In this document: positions 36,731-48,283 of the stretch, piece after piece
How the letters are laid out: each line of letters begins with the position of its first letter
Numbering within the stretch: the first letter of the stretch is position 1
Assembly: GCA_032718475.1 (NCBI GenBank)
Contig: JAUCBJ010007573.1
Span: 1-49,155 of the forward strand
Direction of reading: 5' to 3'
DNA: 49,155 nt
From: Nemertoderma westbladi
Lineage: Eukaryota > Animalia > Xenacoelomorpha
The notes under the pieces: generated by a model
The model's database searches: none
What the model was told of the DNA's origin: nothing
The model's input: the letters and a program-made list of their open reading frames with translations, nothing else
Translations under genes and position numbers: made by a program

Positions 36731-39188
36731 ATGGAGGCCGGTTTCGAAAAAGCGGACAGTAGAAACCTACCAGCTTTAACCTATGCTGCAATATTGCACT
36801 ATACTTGTAGCAAACCAGAGAAAATAAGCCCGGAGTTCAGGAACGTGAAAACCTTGAGGTTAGTTAAATTATGTTAAATGGTAAGTTAAGCTATATATTA
36901 TCCTCATATCTTTTCATGCACGTACTAATTTACGTACGTTCGGTTAACAAACAGCTCGGGAATTCACTGTAAAGTGTTACTGGTACTAGTGTTGCCTACT
37001 ACTAGTGTTGCCTACTAGTGTAGCTAGTGTTTTTATAAAATACCACAAAATCTTATTTTTTTTAAATAATTAAAATGATGTAATTTGTGTTTAAATAACT
37101 ATATATAAATAACTATAAGTTTAAATGCTATAATAATAATAATAATAATAATTTGTTGGTATACCATTTTGAATGAAAATGACCAATTATAAAACATTCT
37201 GTCCTGTTCCAATTATAGATCTGGCGGAGCATCGTACAGCGACAATGCTATTGGATGGGTGTGTGTAAAGAGAGATGGTCCTCATTGCACAGTTAAGGCC
37301 AAAATAACACCAGAACATCGTGTAAGAAGTCAACCCTACCGCGTCCAAGCTAAAGTTAATGAGAGTACCGGAGAAATAGTAGATCTGAAATGCAACGACT
37401 GTGTGGCCAGTGCTGGTGGTGGTTACAAACATGCGATGGGCTTAACATTTTGGTTATACAGAAAATGTACAGAAATTTCCTGTACTTCCACTCTCTGTTA
37501 CTGGTCGGCGTCTAAAATGTCCAAAATAAAGAACTGTAAACAAGCAATTCCTGTCACTGCAATTATAAAAAAGAAAAGTACAAAGAAACCAAGTACCATT
37601 ACAGACGAACAGGTACAAGCATTCCGCGATAGGATTGTAAATAAAATGAATAAGGACAAATTGCCCATCATGCTCTACAATTATTTTGGGGATATATCGC
37701 CATTGACGTGGTTGCAAATGGATTATCTTGGCTTACAGTATATGAAGGTAATTACAGTTATTTACTTATAATTATATACATCCATAAATAATACTTAACC
37801 TTACGTAACCACGGAATTTTTACACGGGAGGTCACAAAGGCCATTGTATTGCCCAATGGAATTGTTTTTCTAATACATAAAAAAATATATTATTTATTGA
37901 AATTATTTCGATACAAATCAAGGCAGTTAATTAATATATTAATTAATCACAGACATGTCAAAATGGTAGAAGCGAGGAATTTATATCGTACTGTATGGGA
38001 AAAATAACGCCACATCTCATTGAGGAAGCGTTTACGAAAACTGTCAAGCAGTCAGACTGTCCTATGTGGCACCATCTAAGATATGGACGGGTGACTGCGT
38101 CTAAACTTCACGAGGCAGCCCATTGCAAGACATATGATGGAAGTCTAGTGAAACGTATACTTGGTAATAATAATATCTTCAATCATACATTCATACTTAT
38201 TATTGTAATTTATTATTGGTGTTATGGATGGATGAGTGGTTTCATATTACAATAAAAAGTTATACTTATTATTGTAGCATAATAATTATAATTATTATTT
38301 TGGTAATGCACAACATAAGTAGAATTTAAATTTAAACAAATTTGCACATATAACCAGGGTCAGTACATAACCAAGACCCCAAAGACTTAAGACCTGTACA
38401 AAACACATACTGTGTTAGCGTTCGTTTATTGTTTTGCATCCCAAACACGCCTCTGTAACCTGCTCCATTACTAACCTGCTCCTTTAAATGGCACTGGACC
38501 TAACGCTCTTTGGGACCTAACGCGACTTTACCTCTTTGTTTCGTACAGGTCCCATTGCCGTTTAAAGGAGCAGGTTATAGAGGCGTGTTCGGGGAACCAA
38601 AACAATAAACGAAAGATAACACATGTTACAAGATTATGCAGGTTACTTAATTAAGTCATTGTTTTTCACTCACCCCATATAACCACTCAATTAATTGTAT
38701 TAAATTATAACTACAATTTATATTCAATAGGGGCAAAAGGATTGAAAGACACACAGGCCATGAAAAGGGGCAGAGACCTTGAAGACCCTGTGTTTAGAAG
38801 AATATCTAATTTGAAAGGGATTGATATTAAGAAACACGCAGGGTTGAAACTCAGTAAGGAATATCCTTTCCTTGGTGCCTCCCCAGATGCCATTACATCA
38901 ACGCATGTGGTAGAAGTAAAATGTCCAACATCAAAACATGCCATTCAAAAATCTTATCTTACACAATCGAATATTGTAAGCGCTAAATTCATGGCACAAA
39001 TCCAACTTCAAATGCTTCTTTGCAATAAACAACTGGCCTTGTTTTGCGTCGCAGATCCATCTTTTGAAATAAACGGCGAAGTGAAAATAGTTGAAGTATC
39101 ATATGATTCCATATACATGCAAAGTTTACTGGAAAGTAGTCGTAGCTTCTGGAAGGAATATATATTTCCCAAAATTGTGAAAAAATAG
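36731..39188 (+). CDS. SWIM-like plus YqaJ/lambda-exonuclease-family protein; exons 36731-36858, 37219-37747, 37953-38163, 38731-39188 (441 aa)
   Basis: All introns are GT-AG and phase-compatible. Motifs: CNDCVASAGGGYKH, QSDCPMWHHLRYGRVTASKL, AMKRGRDLE, FLGASPDAI, VEVKCP, AQIQLQM. Confidence 0.88.
38412..38625. repeat. Inverted repeat (MITE-like) in intron 3 of the YqaJ-like gene
   Basis: gtgttagcgttcgtttattgttttg..cacgcctctgtaacctgctcc pairs with ggagcaggttatagaggcgtg..caaaacaataaacgaaagataacac. Confidence 0.65.
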
Positions 39189-39223
39189 ATAATTAAAAAA
39201 TGTAAATTATAGTTATAGTTCAA

Positions 39224-41925
39224 CTAAATTCTGATTAATGCTGATTGTATTGAGATGGCAGCTGAAGATATTTTTACTACGCCATCAATTACAGGGATTA
39301 TCTTCAAAGGAATCACTGAATGGGGTTCCAACATCTTGTATTCCCGTATACGTCTTATTAACCTTTCCACATGGACTCTCAAACTGGCTATCTGTTTCGT
39401 CTCCATTACTTCCTTTTTGGACATAATCGTTCCGCTTTCCAACGAGGGAGGGCGAATCAATTTAGCATTCTTTTGATGTAGAAGGTATTCTATACCCTTG
39501 AAACCCCGATCAGCCATGATCATATTTGTGGAATCTCCTGATGCAGGCAATGATTCAAAAAAGCCGGATTCTTTTACTATAGCGATATCGCTTGATCTTC
39601 CGCAGTATCCTTTCGAAATGAAATTAATAAAACCATCTGGGGTTGTTGAAATCAGGTATTTAATGGTATTGCAGTTCTTATACGATGACCATGTGACTGA
39701 CTCACTGACTGTGCATACGCATCCGATGGTTTTTCGATCTCGATTTCAAAGCAATCTATAATAGCTACTACATTTCGAAAGTTGGCTTTGAATGCCAATG
39801 GCAGGTTTCTTTGGATATCTTCCAATGTGGGCCATTTAACAAGGGAATTCATGAATATCGCAATCACTGGGACATGTTTCATAAAAAGTTTGGCGCAATA
39901 CGATTTGTGAATACCCCATAGCGATGCCAAAAATCGAAATGTGGTGCCCAAACGAATATACTGAAATATGAGGAGAATAATATCGAGTTTTGTTAATATA
40001 CATTCTTTTCTCTGTTCGAATTCAATTACTTCTGCCAACTCAACAATCAAATACTTGTACTCATTTGGTATTCCGGTGTGTAATGGTATATTGGAAAGTA
40101 CAATTTGACGCATGTGTTCCACATTATTAGTATCAGCAGTATCAAATTGTTCATTATCACTTTCGCTGTGTTGAGATTGACTGGATGGACAAAATTCTAC
40201 ATCGCATAAATCATCAGCCTCATCTACAGTAGAACCCCCTGATTCAGATTCGTATGTATCATAATGTTGCATCGGTGATGTTGATGAGCTGACCGTGGCT
40301 ACCCCAACCTGAGTATTTACAGATTGGCAAGGAGGCCGATTCCATGACTTCTGGGTTGCTTTATTGCTTGTTGTGGCTAGACATATCTTGGAAATCTTAG
40401 CAACATTTACTTGGTCCATGATATCACAGCTTTGTCCATCTGATGTTGTTATTGAGTTTTCCTAAAGTAAAGAATATAAATTTATTACTTATTTAAATAA
40501 TAATAAATAAAAGTTATTCCTATTTACTTTATTTATTCATTGTGTCTATAATCAAATTAATTTGATATAATTGTGAAATAAAAAGTGCACAGCACGAATT
40601 ATACCACTCCGAAAGGTACACTTCGTATTTAGTATACAAACCAATGTGTCTCCGTGGAGCGAGATCCGCCACCAAACGCCCCGTTTATCATCAGGTGTCC
40701 GCAGACTCGATTCGCCTGACTAACGCTGATACCAACACCGGCTAGACTGACTGTCAGTGGTAGTCATAGGCCTCTAAACAGGCCCTTCTTTCTTTATTTA
40801 TTATTTTTTTTATTATCGGTATCGGTGTAGGAATTATTCATTTTGTTCTATTAATAAAGTGCCTGTAAAAGAGTTATGCTGATATTGTGCAAATTATATA
40901 ATAAACTAGTAACTTAAAAAAAAATATATATACAAACCAATGTGGAATGGGAAATATTAATGAATATCCTCACTAGGGCCTACAATACAAATATAATGTA
41001 AAAAAGGAGTGAAAGTAACAGAAAATGGATTACCATAATTGTTGTAGTATTTGCTTCCAAGTCGACGCACATATCGTCTGCTTGTTTTCTCTTCATTGTT
41101 TTTCTATTACATTCAAACAAAGTTGGTACACAATCTCGTTTAATGTAAAGGCGTGAGGGATTAGGTGCGTTTCTCGTTGACATATACATTGCGTAATTTA
41201 CACAGTCAGATTCCAGCTATAAAATTAACAATAATTTACACTATAGTACATGAAATGAAAAAAGATTTAAAAAAATATATAAAATAAATAAGAAATGTGC
41301 GGTCCCATGGTTTTTTTCATTTGATTTATTTTATTAAATTAATAATTTCTATTAACTTAGGCGGTACCACAATATTGACACCGGTACCGATACTTCTGGG
41401 GCATGGAGACGCATCCCCGGAAATATTTATACTACCTAGTTTTATTACTTTTTTGGAATATTAAATAAAATATTAGCTAACATGTAAAAATTGAACAGTT
41501 TTTAAAAAAAAGTACAAAAACTAGCTAGTACTGTATAAAACTTTGGAAGAGGGATGGTGGGAGAGTGTGTTTTATGCCTAAATCACATCTAGTACCAAGC
41601 GTGCCAACGTTTTTAATTAAAATATAAAACTATTTCTTAAGTGGCTTTTGAAAGACATATTGGAAACACATTTTAATGACAATTGAAATTAAAAGCTCAC
41701 CTTAAAGTGATCCTCGCAGAAGTAGATACGTGTACTTAAGGTTGGGTACTCGGCATCATGTCTCCCAGATTTGGTGAACCACAGCTTTCTTCTTTCTATT
41801 CCACACGGAACACGTACAAATATCTTCTCCTGACATTTGATGGAATTATTGGGGCATTTTGGCACACCGCAATATTTTGTCGCACTTGACGAACCCCGCT
41901 CCATTACGTCAGCGTCTTTTGGCAT
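39224..41925 (-). pseudogene. THAP-HTH-DDE (DDE_Tnp_4-type) transposase with one frameshift; exons 41925-41701, 41216-41034, 40461-39224
   Basis: THAP: YCGVPKC..W..FCEDHF / CVPTLF. HTH: YIRLGTTFRFLASLWGI. Catalytic motifs: IIDCFEIEIEKP, IMADRGF, RVHVERLIRRIREY. An 8-bp insertion at 39696-39711 breaks the frame. Confidence 0.88.
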
Positions 41926-43387
41926 TTGCGAACTTGTCAATAATTATTCTATATTTGTTATTTATATTTGATGTATTTTAGTGGATATATTATTTTTAGT
42001 ATAAACGCAGCTACTGTCCGTAATAATGTGCAGTAGTAGGCCAATATATTTTGAGTTAGCTATTTAACTGAAATATGGGTTAGCTACAACTGAACTGTTC
42101 TAGAAATATTGATAACTATCAATGCTACTTGGAATTCAATAATTTAACTTGTATACAAATAATTGCAATCGAAAAAGTTCGAATCCACAATCTAATCCAA
42201 AGTAATCTAAGTTTTGAAGCTTAATAAAACATCAATATGCAACTGGATTTCTACCACCTGGCAGTTTTAGCTACAAAATACTGTATGTTTTATTTGTATA
42301 GCTAACAACTGTATAGTTTGGGATAAATAATTATTATTCTAGAATAATTAACTTGTTATGAATCAATTTCCGCCATAAAGATATCAAATAATATATTTTT
42401 TCTAGAACATTATTTTTTTTATAAACAAATAGCTAATAAGTTCTAGAACATATCAAAAAAAGAAATTATCAAAAACTATCTAGTACAAAAAATTTGGTGG
42501 GGGGTGTACGCATACTGGACCAGTACCCAAATAATGTATTCTTAACACAACACAAAAACACACCAAATAAATATTAGCTACATTATTTATTTTAGTTACT
42601 AAGAGATTTATATTGTATAGTAACCAATGAACATTTACTGCTGCACTAGTGACGTCACTAGTGCAGTTTTCTGAAACGGCCTGATTTTTCGGTGTTGCTA
42701 ATTTTGCGTTTTAAAATCGCTATGACTCGGCCAATATTAATTTTTTTTAAGTAAAATTGCTCTCTGGGGTTTTTTCACATGCTCTTTCACATGAAACCAA
42801 CGAAAACTCGAAAAAAATTTTCCGAGTCGTCTACCCCATTGGTTCCTTCTGAAATTCAAATCTTAATCTTGAAATTCAAATGGTACATTTTGAAATCGAA
42901 ATGAGTTTACTAAAATCAAATTGAAACATTCTGAAATGAAAATAGCAAAAGTTAAATTCAATTATAACTTTCTGAAATTTAAATGGAATTTATGAACCCC
43001 AATTACAATATTCTGAAATCAAAATGCAATTATTGAAATCCAAATGAAAGAATATATAATTCAAATGTATTTTATGAAATCAATGTGATGTTTTCTGAAA
43101 TACATGTTGAAAAGGTGTAGTGTTTTAAAAAAATGACTAGAGCTATTTTTAACCGCAGTTTTATTTTTTCAAAAAATCAAAGATGCAGTATCTAATGAAA
43201 CATGACATTCTAGAATATTTTGTCACTTGCAAAAAAAACTGTCACTAAACAATAACTCATCATTGAATTAATGAAAAATAAAAAAAAAATAAAAATTTTC
43301 CTGTTAGTTAAAAATTTTCTAGAACAAGATATAACTTGTTCTAGATCGTAATTAAAAAAAACTATTATGAAATGTTACAAACACTAA

Positions 43388-43900
43388 GGCCCCCCTCACA
43401 CGGAGCAACTTGTTTCTGCAACGTGTTTCTGAAACTTGTTGCTGGACCCCCTCACACACAGAAACTTGTTGCTGCAACTTGTTTCCGAAACTTATTTCTG
43501 TGTGTGAGGACTCCAGCAACAAGTTTCTGCAACTTGTTTCCGCAACTTATTTCTGTGTGTGAGGAGTCCAGCAACAAGTTGCTAGAAGTTATATTCCCAG
43601 CAACTTTTTGAAAAACTTTTATTACATTCCATTTTGATACTAGCTAATATTAGATAATTTGAGTGATGTGATATTATATACAAATGACTGGACATGTTAG
43701 CTATTTATTTGGAAATAATTGTTATTTTCTTCAGCAACAAGTTTCTGTGTGTGAGGGGGTCCAGCAACAAGTTGCAGAAACAAGTTTCGGAAACAAGTTG
43801 CTGAAACAAGTTGCAGCAACTTGTTTCTGTGTGTGAGGGGGTCCAGCAACAAGTTTCAGAAACAAGTTGCAGAAACAAGTTGCTCCGTGTGAGGGGGGCC
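43388..43900. mobile_element. PIF/Harbinger-type MITE with TAA TSD
   Basis: Long TIRs GGCCCCCCTCACACGGAGCAACTTGTTTCTGCAAC, TAA at 43385-43387 and 43901-43903, and internal CAACTTGTTTC repeats. Confidence 0.9.
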
Positions 43901-44215
43901 TAAAAGGTAACAGCTAGCTATAACTTGTACATTTTGGCAGGGTTTTTTTTTCTAAATATGTTAGTGAAATATATTAATAAAAATAGTGATTTCTAAATTT
44001 CTTAAACTTGTTTAGAATTATTTCTAAAACTAAAGCTTGAAAATAACAAATTTAAAAGTATAAATTCTACTTTACAGAGACTGAAATAAATACAACCTAG
44101 ATAAATCATAATTTAACATTCAGATATTACTGTAGCCATATTTAATTTTTTTTTTTTTCATTCAACAAAATCGAACCCTTGAATCTCTAAATCTGGCTCA
44201 TCTCCATCAGTTTAA

Positions 44216-44318
44216 TTTGTACCAACTCCTTTTGTACCAACTCCTTTTGTAACAACTCCTTTTGTACCAACTCCTTTTGTACCAACTCCTTTTGTACCAA
44301 CTCCTTTTGTACCAACTC
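44216..44318. repeat. 15-bp tandem repeat (ACCAACTCCTTTTGT), about 7 copies
   Basis: Read directly from the sequence. Confidence 0.9.
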
Positions 44319-45083
44319 TATAATATCAAATACACTCATTTGTGGTATTGTTTATAAGTAGATTGAGATGACTGTATACAATCATCACAGTCTAAGAGTG
44401 TTTCACTGACATTCCCGTAACATTGTATACTATCATCACAGTCTAAGAGTGATTCACTGACATTCCCGTAATTTAAAGTCTTTTAGAGCACTTTTAAAGG
44501 AAACTTGTGAAAAATAATGGCTGAGGGTTAATTAGGTATAGTTAGCTGAGTGTGAGCCGTTCATAGTAGAAAGGGACCAAGTGTGATCGGGCGGTAATGT
44601 TACCGGGGACTTTAGGCATTCAGGTGTGAATGAAAATGGCTATTTATAATAAAAAGGCATCTATACATGCGCCAAAATAATGTTGAAGGGTTTTTTTTTC
44701 TTATTTAAAAAACCGTTTAAGTAATAATTCTGATATAATAAAATTACCAATCATCTGCCAACAGAATACATTGTTACTGAAGTAGAAAAGTTAATTTAGC
44801 ATCGTGATCATAATTTGAATCAAATTTCCCTTCAGTTCTTAAAGCAACAAGACAAATATAAGCATTTTAACTGAACTTTCAAACTCAAACTTTCAAAGCA
44901 TTTATCTCAAATTGTATTTTTTCGTTGTCCCTTCTTTCTACTATTGATAGTAACAATGTGTTGGTCTGTCTGTATATGGAATATTGACAAAAAGCGCGCC
45001 ACACGGGTCGCAGTGCAGTCAGGTTACTTACAGTCTGACAGTAGGGGATAGGACTACATCTTTCAGTCCTTATTTTATTAAAC

Positions 45084-46730
45084 ATGTCCTCTAATACTTT
45101 GAGTAACGAAGCTTGGGATTTATTGGATCGTATCATGGCAGATGAAAATGATTTTCAGTCCGGTGATGAGGAACAAGAGAACTCCGTCTCCCCACCAACT
45201 GTTAATAAAGAAATCAGCTACCCCAACAACGGAATAAACGTTAGTTTTAAATCAGAAGCGGAATCTATTTGCGGTACTTCCGAAGTTAATTCTCGAAAGA
45301 TAAAACAGGAATTCATTACTGGGGAACAATATGTTACGAATCAAGTCAACAACACAAACAGCGGTATAAATGTTATCAGTTTTAAATCCGAAGCGGAAAC
45401 TATTTGCGGTACTTCCGAAGATAATTCTCGAAAGATAAAACAGGAATTCATTACTGGGGAACAATATGTTACGAATCAAGTCAACAACACAAACAGCGGT
45501 ATAAATGTTATCAGTTTTAAATCCGAAGCGGAAACTATTTGCGGTACTTCCGAAGATAATTCTCGAAAGATAAAACAGGAATTCATTACTGGGGAACAAT
45601 ATGTTACGAATCAAGTCAACAACACAAACAGCGGTATAAATGTTATCAGTTTTAAATCCGAAGCGGAAACTATTTGCGGTACTTCCGAAGATAATTCTCG
45701 AAAGATAAAACAGGAATTCATTACTGGGGAACAATATGTTACGAATCAAGTCAACAACACAAACAGCGGTATAAATGTTATCAGTTTGAAATCAGAAGCG
45801 GAAACTATTTGCCGTACTTCCGAAGATACATCTCGAGTTGTAAAACAAGAGTTGTTTATTGAGGAACAATTTGGTAGGGAAGAAGAGATTTCAGATGATC
45901 AAGTGAAACAATCATTTATTTGTTTTTATTGTGATAAACAATTTTGTCACAAACGGAAGCTAAAGAGACACATTGAATCCGTCCATAAAGGTGTCAAGTT
46001 TGATTGCGTTTCTTGTGACAAACAATTTAGTGAAAGGTGCAATCTAAAGAGACACATTGAATCTGTCCATAAAGGTGTCAAGTTTGATTGCGTTTCTTGT
46101 GACAAACAATTTAGTGAAAAGGGGCATCTAAAGAGACACATTGAATCCGTCCATAAAGGTGTCAAGTTTGATTGCGTTTCTTGTGACAAACAATTTAGTA
46201 AAAAGTGGAATCTAAAGAGACACATTGAATCCGTCCATAAAGGTGTCAAGTTTGATTGCGTTTCTTGTGACGAACAATTTAGTGAAAAGAGGCTCCTAAA
46301 GAGACACATTGAATCCGTCCATAAAGGTGTCAAATTTGATTGCGTTTCTTGTGACAAACAATTTAGTGAAAGGTGCAATCTAAAGAGACACATTGAATCT
46401 GTCCATAAAGGTGTCAAGTTTGATTGCGTTTCTTGTGACAAACAATTTAGTGAAAAGGGGCATCTAAAGAGACACATTGAATCCGTCCATAAAGGTGTCA
46501 AATTTGATTGCGTTTCTTGTGACAAACAATTTAGTAAAAAGTGGAATCTAAAGATACACATTGAATCCGTCCATAAAGGTGTCAAGTTTGATTGCGTTTC
46601 TTGTGACGAACAATTTAGTGAAAAGTGGATTCTAAAGAGACACATTGAATCCGTCCATAAAGGTGTCAAGTTTGATTGCGTTTCTTGTGACAAACAATTT
46701 CCACAAACACAATTACCGGTATTCAATTAA
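45084..46730 (+). CDS. C2H2 zinc-finger protein (9 fingers plus one truncated) with N-terminal 45-aa repeats, nested in a NUCB intron
   Basis: 28-aa units CVSCDKQFSxxxxLKRHIESVHKGVKFD. 135-bp repeats at about 45227-45860. Confidence 0.88.
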   Translation: MSSNTLSNEAWDLLDRIMADENDFQSGDEEQENSVSPPTVNKEISYPNNGINVSFKSEAESICGTSEVNSRKIKQEFITGEQYVTNQVNNTNSGINVISFKSEAETICGTSEDNSRKIKQEFITGEQYVTNQVNNTNSGINVISFKSEAETICGTSEDNSRKIKQEFITGEQYVTNQVNNTNSGINVISFKSEAETICGTSEDNSRKIKQEFITGEQYVTNQVNNTNSGINVISLKSEAETICRTSEDTSRVVKQELFIEEQFGREEEISDDQVKQSFICFYCDKQFCHKRKLKRHIESVHKGVKFDCVSCDKQFSERCNLKRHIESVHKGVKFDCVSCDKQFSEKGHLKRHIESVHKGVKFDCVSCDKQFSKKWNLKRHIESVHKGVKFDCVSCDEQFSEKRLLKRHIESVHKGVKFDCVSCDKQFSERCNLKRHIESVHKGVKFDCVSCDKQFSEKGHLKRHIESVHKGVKFDCVSCDKQFSKKWNLKIHIESVHKGVKFDCVSCDEQFSEKWILKRHIESVHKGVKFDCVSCDKQFPQTQLPVFN

Positions 46731-47891
46731 ATGTCAATTAAAAATGTAAAATATTTAATTAATCTTAAATCTGAAAAATCAGTCATGTAAAGTAGTTGTA
46801 GCAGTACTTGTAGTAGTTACAGTTCGAATTTTTCGCCCATTGATATTATATTGAGTCTGTAAGGGACGAATTTCAATCACCATCTCCTTATCTGTAATGA
46901 TGGGCTATGGGTGTAAGTGGTTATGGAAAAAAAAAGCCGTTTCCCTTGACTTAATGTAAACTTTACAACTTTAGAGGCAGAGGCTTTAGAGATGGTATTG
47001 GCCTGTACATTTAGTATTGTATATTGTATTTGGTGTTATGAGTTAAGTAATGTCCCCTTAGTGGACATTACTTAACGCCGTCATTGGTTACCACGTAAAC
47101 AATAGGTGGAAATTTGCCTGACACCAGATAGGCCTACTGCATTACCTACCGGTAGACGGGGTATAGCTATTAATAACCAGTAGATATACTATTAACATGG
47201 CTCCAAACGCAACCATAAATATAAGCCAACTTATTTATAACATAATTTATGTCATTTTTACATTTATTTATACAGCAACTAATTTAATTTGTGCAGTTTC
47301 TAACACTTATAATATATGTACAATCATTTCGTAATGTTAAAATTTTGGAATAAAACATACACTATAAAAAATATACTACATACATACTTGTTGCAAAGTA
47401 CTTTACAGTGTTCTGATCCTCGTGGCTTTATTTTCACTCATTCACAAACTTTCGTTCGTGTAACAAAGCCACTCGGACCATCACTGTACTTGCTGTGCTA
47501 CTTTACACACAAGTATGTAAATAGTTATTACCAATAATTTAATAATCAAAATTGTTATGAAAATTAATTTTTATGTTTTTTTTTTCTGATGACAAAATTA
47601 ATTTTGTCATGTGACGCTTCGCCGTGTCACTATTTCCTCTATAATTGGTCCTATGACATGCGGCAACGATGACGTCACTGAATAGCCGCACATTCAATGA
47701 TTAAGTCATTATACAACATTGACATGCGATTGACTACAACTTGTCTCATCTATCTGACGCGCATATTATATTACACTATTGGCCCAGAAATCAAATTACT
47801 CGTATGCGCTTCAGTGATCGCGAAAGTGTTAATATTTCCCCTGATATATAATAATGATATATATCATTTTGTTATTTTAAACTCAACGCAG

Positions 47892-47984
47892 TTGGATTTA
47901 ACGTATAATTCATCGGACAGTGATGATGATGAGAGAGAAAGAGCAGAGGAGAGTGCCAGAATGAGGGAACACGTGATGAAAGAG
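47892..47984 (+). CDS. NUCB: Nucleobindin inter-EF-hand exon, copy A (93 bp)
   Basis: CAG/GTAAAG bounded, phase 0-0. LDLTYNSSDSDDDERERAEESARMREHVMKE resembles NUCB LEKVYDPKNEEDDM.EMEEERLRMREHVM.E. Confidence 0.9.
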
Positions 47985-48190
47985 GTAAAGTTTGAAGAAA
48001 AATAAAACTTTTTTGAAGTTGCTAATTTCATTGAAATTTTATTTGTATGTTTTATTGAAAATAAAAGGTGGATGGGGCATAATCTATATAAATTCGGTGC
48101 GGAGAATTGTAATTATTGATTTCATTAAGTGTAAATACGTGTCTTCATGGTGATGGGGCTGTTATTTGCACAGTGTTTTTCTTTATGTAG

Positions 48191-48283
48191 TTGGTGGAAG
48201 TTTATAACTCTAGTGACCCAGACGACGATCCTGCTGAGTTGGTGGAGGAAGCTGCAAGGATGAGAGAGGAAGTTATCAGGCAG
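48191..48283 (+). CDS. NUCB: Nucleobindin inter-EF-hand exon, copy B (93 bp)
   Basis: TAG/GTAGGT bounded with a polypyrimidine tract, phase 0-0. LVEVYNSSDPDDDPAELVEEAARMREEVIRQ, 18/31 identical to copy A. Confidence 0.75.

Larger units (their letters stand above)
36055..42837. mobile_element. ISL2EU-type (PIF/Harbinger-related) DNA transposon, 6.8 kb
   Basis: About 188-bp TIRs (36055-36242 and 42650-42837) starting GGGGTAGACGACTCGG. AT duplication within a CCAATTGG target. Two convergent genes: YqaJ-like nuclease and THAP-DDE transposase. Confidence 0.93.
33107..43117. mobile_element. Non-autonomous TIR element (CAC...GTG, TA flanks) with AT-rich 21-22-bp subterminal arrays; host of the CRE and ISL2EU insertions
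   Basis: CACCTTTTCAACAT at 33107 and ATGTTGAAAAGGTG ending at 43117, with TA on both sides. TTTCAGATTTTCCATTTG-type arrays lie on the left and reverse-complement arrays at 35690-36050 and 42845-43100. Confidence 0.65.

Noticed and set aside
36731-39188. Prophage or bacterial recombinase locus (YqaJ)
   Set aside because: The gene has spliceosomal introns and lies within TIRs with a Harbinger-type transposase, the known ISL2EU arrangement.
45252-46726. Minus-strand repeat ORFs (165 and 259 aa)
   Set aside because: Shadows of the in-frame tandem repeats of the zinc-finger gene.
45084-46730. PRDM9 orthologue
   Set aside because: No KRAB, SSXRD or PR/SET domain, and the linker is non-canonical. 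Only the array's evolutionary pattern is similar.
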